Shown piece after piece: positions 35,291 through 39,771 of a stretch of 39,771 bases of DNA. A model generated the notes under the pieces. It made no database searches and was not told where the DNA came from. It saw only the letters and a program-made list of their open reading frames with translations. Each line of letters opens with the position of its first letter. The stretch's first letter is position 1. A program made the position numbers and the translations under genes. Source of the DNA: a virus; the UHGV virus genome UHGV-0121943. One strand, written 5' to 3'.

Positions 35291-35947
35291 ATGGCAGAGA
35301 AAAAACAATCCCTACAACGCAGGGCATGGGATTTATTAAGCGCAATTAATGTAAACGACAAAACAGAAACTAAAGGCTCTGGTAAATTTGCTTTAACCTA
35401 CCTTTCTTGGGCTTGGGCTTGGGGCGTACTTATGGAGCATTTTCCTGAAAGTGTTTACGAAATTCACCAAGATAGAATTCTACCTGATGGCTCTGTGATG
35501 GTGTCAGTAACGCTAACGATTAAAGATGGTGATGAACAGTTTAGTCGCTTTATGTGGTTGCCAGTAATGAATCATTTAAATAAAGCGATTATTAATCCTG
35601 ATGCTATGGATATTAATAAGGCGATTATGCGATGCCTTGCGAAAACAATCGCAATGTGTGGGCTAGGTCATTACATTTACGCAGGCGAAGATTTACCAGT
35701 AAGTGATGAAACCCCAAAGACAAAATCACAAGAATCCTCTCAAAAACCAACCCAGCAGAATGTGAATTCTACTCAAGATAAATCCATTCTGGACAAGTTG
35801 AAAGATGGTTTAAAAGAGTGTGTCAACAAGAAAGAGCTTGAAGAGCGCTACGCAAAACAAATGCCTTGGATTGAAACGCATCACCCTGATTTAATCGATG
35901 AGTACAATTCATTCTACGATGTTTGTATCAACAATTTAAAAGCATAA
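35291..35947 (+). CDS. Sak-type single-strand annealing protein (DUF1071-like)
   Basis: LTYLSWAWAW, MWLPVM, INKAIMRCLAKTIAMCGLGHYIYAGEDLP. Confidence 0.88.
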   Translation: MAEKKQSLQRRAWDLLSAINVNDKTETKGSGKFALTYLSWAWAWGVLMEHFPESVYEIHQDRILPDGSVMVSVTLTIKDGDEQFSRFMWLPVMNHLNKAIINPDAMDINKAIMRCLAKTIAMCGLGHYIYAGEDLPVSDETPKTKSQESSQKPTQQNVNSTQDKSILDKLKDGLKECVNKKELEERYAKQMPWIETHHPDLIDEYNSFYDVCINNLKA

Positions 35948-35959
35948 GGAAACAATAAA

Positions 35960-36394
35960 ATGGCTGGAATTAATAAAGTAATCATTGTTGGATTTTTAGG
36001 AAATGACCCAGAAATCCGCACAATGCCAAATGGTGAACAAGTAGCAAACATTACAGTGGCGACAAGTGAAAGCTGGACGGATAAAAACACGGGCGAACGC
36101 AAAGAGCAAACCGAGTGGCATAGAATTGTACTCTACCGCAGATTAGCAGAAATCGCAGGTCAATATCTTACCAAAGGTTCTCAAGTATATGTTGAAGGTC
36201 GTTTAAAAACACGCAAATGGCAAGATAACAACGGACAAGACCGTTACACCACAGAAATTCAAGGCGATAACTTACAGATGCTAGGTGGTCGCCAAGATGA
36301 GCTGAAACAAGCGAAAGCAAGCAAAGCTAAGCCTGAGCCATTAAGTGCTATGGCAGAACAAGGCGATAGCTTTGACGATAATATTCCATTCTAG
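35960..36394 (+). CDS. ssb: Single-stranded DNA-binding protein
   Basis: [32 protein letters not shown]-terminal DDNIPF. Confidence 0.96.
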   Translation: MAGINKVIIVGFLGNDPEIRTMPNGEQVANITVATSESWTDKNTGERKEQTEWHRIVLYRRLAEIAGQYLTKGSQVYVEGRLKTRKWQDNNGQDRYTTEIQGDNLQMLGGRQDELKQAKASKAKPEPLSAMAEQGDSFDDNIPF

Positions 36395-36403
36395 TGGTGA
36401 GTT

Positions 36404-36595
36404 ATGAGTAAATTTATTAAATTAACAGACGGAATAGATGGTGTCAGCGATTTAATTATAAATATAGATTTAATTACAGCTGCGATACCTAAATATAATA
36501 GTGACTGCTCTCTTGTTTGGTTTTTGGGTAATCAAAATGTGCTAGTAAAGGAAACTCCAGAACGTATTTTAAAGATGATTGAGACCGCCAAATAA
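36404..36595 (+). CDS. Hypothetical protein
   Basis: FIKLT...ININ-type N-terminus, VKETPERIL; co-oriented. Confidence 0.7.
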   Translation: MSKFIKLTDGIDGVSDLIINIDLITAAIPKYNSDCSLVWFLGNQNVLVKETPERILKMIETAK

Positions 36596-36610
36596 GGCGG
36601 TTTTCTTTTG
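36583..36610 (+). terminator. Terminator
   Basis: ACCGCC-AAATAA-GGCGGT-TTTCTTTT. Confidence 0.7.
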
Positions 36611-36618
36611 GGTAAATT

Positions 36619-36750
36619 ATGAATAAAGAACAAGCAGAACACGAATTAGCGGAATTACACGAGAAAGAACGTAGCTTAGAAAAGGCTTTGGAGCTTGTGC
36701 GTGAGAAAATCCGTGAGTTAGTTAATTACACAGATAAGAACAAGGTATAG
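36619..36750 (+). CDS. 43-aa coiled-coil protein (not in the ORF track)
   Basis: MNKEQAEHELAELHEKERSLEKALELVREKIRELVNYTDKNKV. Confidence 0.6.
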   Translation: MNKEQAEHELAELHEKERSLEKALELVREKIRELVNYTDKNKV

Positions 36751-36752
36751 AA

Positions 36753-37091
36753 ATGAATGAGATTAATGTAAGCATCCCTTATTCGTTGTTTAAATGCGCT
36801 TTCTATTGCCTTGTATCTGAGCATCTTAAAACAACACGTGGTACAGCTAAATTTGCGATAAGAACAGTAAAAGAATACTGGATTTTACTCGATGGAGAAA
36901 GCCGAGAGGATATTATTGCTCTTTGTAAATCTCCTAACAATGCTAAATTAGCTCTACAAGAAATACAAAATTTTAAAGAGTGGGCAATCAAAAATCGCAA
37001 CGCAAAACGAGATTGCAATATTTCTCGACCACTTGTTGATGTTTTGCCAGTGGTTAATATGGCAAAGGTAAACCATAAAGCGGGTGATTGA
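36753..37091 (+). CDS. Hypothetical protein
   Basis: 112-aa ORF, RBS AAGG, coupled to its neighbours. Confidence 0.7.
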   Translation: MNEINVSIPYSLFKCAFYCLVSEHLKTTRGTAKFAIRTVKEYWILLDGESREDIIALCKSPNNAKLALQEIQNFKEWAIKNRNAKRDCNISRPLVDVLPVVNMAKVNHKAGD

Positions 37092-37092
37092 T

Positions 37093-37242
37093 ATGGTGCT
37101 GGATTGGATGGTTGTTTATCTAATTGCTCTCTATGCCGTCATTCTTTTTGACAGGTACCAAAAAAGAAAGTTATCGGAAGAGGCTTTCTTTTTTAACGTA
37201 AAAGTATGGCTAATTTTAAGAGGTTCGGATTATGTTTCTTGA
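37093..37242 (+). CDS. 49-aa membrane-anchored protein (not in the ORF track)
   Basis: MVLDWMVVYLIALYAVILFDRYQKRK...; fills the gap. Confidence 0.5.
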   Translation: MVLDWMVVYLIALYAVILFDRYQKRKLSEEAFFFNVKVWLILRGSDYVS

Positions 37243-37465
37243 GGATAAGTACAGAGCAATCAAGCAGAGCGCTCAAGTCATAGATAATGGGCGGTACATT
37301 ATCATAGAGGCGCAATTCAGAGAAGATTGGAGAGTTTTAATTGATTCCAGACGAACAGTTAGCCGAGAAGAAGCGGATGAAATTGTTCGATACTGGCTCA
37401 AATATAAACAAATATCACCAGAGCAAATATTGGTGATTGAGGTGCCTAATATATTGAGAAGATAG
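37232..37465 (+). CDS. Hypothetical protein
   Basis: 77-aa ORF with RBS GAGGT. Confidence 0.7.
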   Translation: MFLEDKYRAIKQSAQVIDNGRYIIIEAQFREDWRVLIDSRRTVSREEADEIVRYWLKYKQISPEQILVIEVPNILRR

Positions 37466-37466
37466 T

Positions 37467-37667
37467 ATGAATTCCGAGAATCTATCAAGAGAAGAAATTT
37501 TAGAAAAGGTTTACCAAGAAAATTTAAAAGTCATCTGGGATAGTGCTTTATTCAAAGATGGCTATGAGGTTGTTGGAAAACATAAAAATGGGAATTATAT
37601 CGCTAAGAATAGAATCAATGTTCTATATGAAATTAATAGCGAATATGAAAACGTTAGACTAATTTAA
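37467..37667 (+). CDS. Hypothetical protein
   Basis: 66-aa ORF abutting the previous stop codon. Confidence 0.65.
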   Translation: MNSENLSREEILEKVYQENLKVIWDSALFKDGYEVVGKHKNGNYIAKNRINVLYEINSEYENVRLI

Positions 37668-37677
37668 CAAATCCAAT

Positions 37678-37707
37678 AGGCGTTCCAATTGAGCGCCTTT
37701 TGTTTTA
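37678..37707 (+). terminator. Terminator
   Basis: AGGCGTTC-CAATT-GAGCGCCT-TTTGTTTT. Confidence 0.65.
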
Positions 37708-37718
37708 GGAGAAAGAAA

Positions 37719-38087
37719 ATGGAAGAGAATAATTGGATTAAGAACATCAAGGTTGGCGATGAAATATTTATACATGAATTTCGTGTGCGCTCGAGCTATG
37801 CGGCAGATAAAACTGAAATGGTTGTAAAGTTAGGTAGAAAGTACATTACAACTGACCGAGGTAGAAAAATAAGAATTGAGGATTGTTACGAGCAAAGCAA
37901 TTACAACGGGGGCTTTATATCAAAAGCGTACAGAAATAAAAATGAATATATGGATGAAGTTGAATTAGATCGGAAACATCAAGAAATTATAAACAAGGTG
38001 AAGCATATAAAAGAAAGAGAATATATTGAGCATATTTACTCAATTTTGAAAGGCGAATCTGTAATATCACCACAAAAAGGGAAATAA
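37719..38087 (+). CDS. Hypothetical protein
   Basis: RBS AGGAG before MEENNW; IKVGDEI...VVKLGRKYIT. Confidence 0.75.
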   Translation: MEENNWIKNIKVGDEIFIHEFRVRSSYAADKTEMVVKLGRKYITTDRGRKIRIEDCYEQSNYNGGFISKAYRNKNEYMDEVELDRKHQEIINKVKHIKEREYIEHIYSILKGESVISPQKGK

Positions 38088-38088
38088 A

Positions 38089-38505
38089 ATGAAAGAATTT
38101 AACTTAGATGCAGCCTTAAATGGCGAGCCATTCTATGCGAGCGGGCAAAAGTGCTATATAGCAAGGGAGGTGACTGAACTTTTGGACGATAAAAGCATCC
38201 GTAGATTTGTTGTTATCTTTCCTGATAGCTTTACCAATGCTGAAATATGGGATGAACATGACCTAGTTAGTGATGATATTGAAATGTGGGAAGAACCAAA
38301 GATTAGTATTGAAGATTTACCTAAGCCGTTTAAGCCTAAAAGTGGCGATAAATATTATTATATTAATAAAGATGGGATTAGCATCGTCAGATGCTATGAT
38401 GAAGATGACGATAGCGATGTTGGAATGGCCGAAAATGCTCAATGCTATCGCACAAGAGAAGATGCTCAAAAATGGCTTGATTTTATGAAAAGTATGATGG
38501 AGTAA
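38089..38505 (+). CDS. Hypothetical phage protein
   Basis: MKEFNLDAALNGEP...LPKPFKPK...YRTREDAQKW. Confidence 0.8.
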   Translation: MKEFNLDAALNGEPFYASGQKCYIAREVTELLDDKSIRRFVVIFPDSFTNAEIWDEHDLVSDDIEMWEEPKISIEDLPKPFKPKSGDKYYYINKDGISIVRCYDEDDDSDVGMAENAQCYRTREDAQKWLDFMKSMME

Positions 38506-38507
38506 GT

Positions 38508-38630
38508 ATGAAAGACTTTATTATATGGCTCTCGCTATTTGTCTCTTGGATGGTCGGCATTGTTTTAGTTGGTGCGACTGCTGGCTTATTCTTTGGCGTT
38601 GTGTGGAAAGCGTTTTGCTGGGTGGTGTGA
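38508..38630 (+). CDS. 40-aa hydrophobic membrane protein (not in the ORF track)
   Basis: MKDFIIWLSLFVSWMVGIVLVGATAGLFFGVVWKAFCWVV; RBS GGAG. Confidence 0.6.
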   Translation: MKDFIIWLSLFVSWMVGIVLVGATAGLFFGVVWKAFCWVV

Positions 38631-38631
38631 T

Positions 38632-38823
38632 ATGAGCGAATGGATTAAATGTAGTGACGAACTACCGCCTGTTTTTACAAGAGTCTTAGTTTATGGGAAA
38701 TGGTTCGACAATTACATAATGACTGTTGGTATAGTGGATGATAAAGGAACTTGGAAACACTTACCAGTATTAGAGTTTATTACCCATTGGCAACCACTTC
38801 CATCACCACCAGAAGATTTATAA
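38632..38823 (+). CDS. DUF551-family protein
   Basis: MSEWIKCSDELP...ITHWQPLPSPP. Confidence 0.85.
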   Translation: MSEWIKCSDELPPVFTRVLVYGKWFDNYIMTVGIVDDKGTWKHLPVLEFITHWQPLPSPPEDL

Positions 38824-38871
38824 TTTACGAGATTATTTAATCCTTATGCTATCATATTCAAAAATTTTAAG

Positions 38872-39096
38872 GTGATGAATATGGAAAAGATTGATTTATA
38901 TAAAAATAAGTGGATTAAATGCGAGAATGCACTACCAAATGATGAAGATGATGTATTGGTTGTGGTCGTAGATAATGGCGATGCTGAAATTAGAATTGGA
39001 TTCTATAGTCTTTGCGCCTGGTATACAAACACGGACGATGACAAGTTGGCAAAAGTAACTCACTGGATGCCATTACCCGAATTACCAAAAGACTAG
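38872..39096 (+). CDS. DUF551-family protein (second copy)
   Basis: WIKCENALP...VTHWMPLPELP. Confidence 0.85.
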   Translation: MMNMEKIDLYKNKWIKCENALPNDEDDVLVVVVDNGDAEIRIGFYSLCAWYTNTDDDKLAKVTHWMPLPELPKD

Positions 39097-39111
39097 AAAT
39101 GGACAATCAAC

Positions 39112-39143
39112 AACCGCTCTTTATGGGCGGTTTTTTTATTTTT
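39112..39143 (+). terminator. Terminator
   Basis: AACCGCTC-TTTAT-GGGCGGTT-TTTTT. Confidence 0.75.
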
Positions 39144-39157
39144 AAAAGGAAACAAGC

Positions 39158-39427
39158 ATGGAAAAGGAAAAAATTATTGAAAAGCTCGAAAAGCACGGGT
39201 TCGAATTTAACCTTGATTGGGGTTTAACTCTTGGCTTTAAAAGCGACAAAGCATCAATTATGTATAGTAAGCATAGCGGCGCTGATATATTGTCAATATC
39301 GTTTAATGGGCAAGCTAATGAAAAGAAAGCTAGAGCGATTATTAAACAAATATTTCCTACCGCTAAATACATACAGCAAGGTGTTGTATTAAGCGCTAGT
39401 TATTTCAGCATTGAGCCTCTCAATTAA
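39158..39427 (+). CDS. Hypothetical protein
   Basis: 89-aa ORF with RBS AAGGA. Confidence 0.75.
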   Translation: MEKEKIIEKLEKHGFEFNLDWGLTLGFKSDKASIMYSKHSGADILSISFNGQANEKKARAIIKQIFPTAKYIQQGVVLSASYFSIEPLN

Positions 39428-39450
39428 TAATAGCTATTACTGGATCTTTT

Positions 39451-39738
39451 ATGGATAAAATACAACTATCAGATAAAGCAGAAAAAGAGATTGTGAAAGA
39501 GATTGTAAATGCAACAAAAATGACAGCGTTTGCCTCTTACACGGAAAACAGTCAAAACTTGATGACTATTGAAGAAATCGCCTTATATCTTAACAAGTCA
39601 TACACTTTCACAGTAAAATACATTGTTACAAAAGGCGACTTTCCGCAATCACGATACTTTTTAGATGAAAATGAACGACCTCGATATGTTGCTGGCGAGG
39701 TGGTAAAGTGGGTAAAACGACACACTAAACGTCAATAA
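39451..39738 (+). CDS. Excisionase-like (AlpA/Xis wHTH) protein
   Basis: LMTIEEIALYLNKSY...GDFPQ...RYVAGEVVKW; last pL gene, adjacent to the att arm repeats. Confidence 0.7.
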   Translation: MDKIQLSDKAEKEIVKEIVNATKMTAFASYTENSQNLMTIEEIALYLNKSYTFTVKYIVTKGDFPQSRYFLDENERPRYVAGEVVKWVKRHTKRQ

Positions 39739-39751
39739 TAGATTTTCACCG

Positions 39752-39771
39752 CTACGCCATGATTACGCCAA
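39752..39771 (+). repeat. Integrase arm-type repeats (other attP arm)
   Basis: CTACGCCAT followed by GATTACGCCAA, the same motif as 208-250. Confidence 0.7.

Larger units (their letters stand above)
1..39771. mobile_element. Temperate lambdoid siphophage, apparently complete, probable Pasteurellaceae (Haemophilus-type) host
   Basis: All modules are present with no obvious broken genes and no host genes; AAGTGCGGT-type uptake sequences at 2954, 8985, 15555 and 27067. Confidence 0.93.

Noticed and set aside
208..39771. TGATTACGCCAA at 208-219 and 39760-39771 as the attL/attR core duplication
   Set aside because: The motif occurs in clusters at both ends, as arm-type sites do. A better core candidate (inverted repeat, tRNA-like end, terminator) lies at 36-55.

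Overview
The window looks like a complete ~39.8 kb temperate lambdoid siphophage genome (HK97-type head, lambda-type tail), probably circular and opened a few bases before the attP core. Haemophilus-type uptake sequences (AAGTGCGGT) suggest a Pasteurellaceae host. Order on the map: attP and tyrosine integrase (+); a minus-strand late operon, here read right to left (pR', holin, spanin-like pair, GH19 endolysin, second spanin pair, orphan DNA methyltransferase, HNH, cos, TerS/TerL, portal, protease, capsid, connectors, tail tube, G/GT chaperones, tape measure, M-L-K-I-J, five small fibre-like genes); a lipoprotein moron; Q, ninG, ninB, a Dam-like methylase, DnaB and a replication initiator with iterons; the cro/cI switch; a DEDDh exonuclease-BRCT moron in the lambda rex position; and a pL operon with a ~500-nt structured leader, exonuclease/Sak/SSB, many small ORFs and a Xis-like gene. 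The most unusual items are the structured pL leader (tRNA-like element and an anti-RBS sRNA candidate), two spanin-like pairs, two morons with class II CRP-type promoters, fibre genes with repeated terminal motifs, and a cis-antisense RNA over the gene after cro. All product calls come from motif recognition and gene order; no database searches were run.
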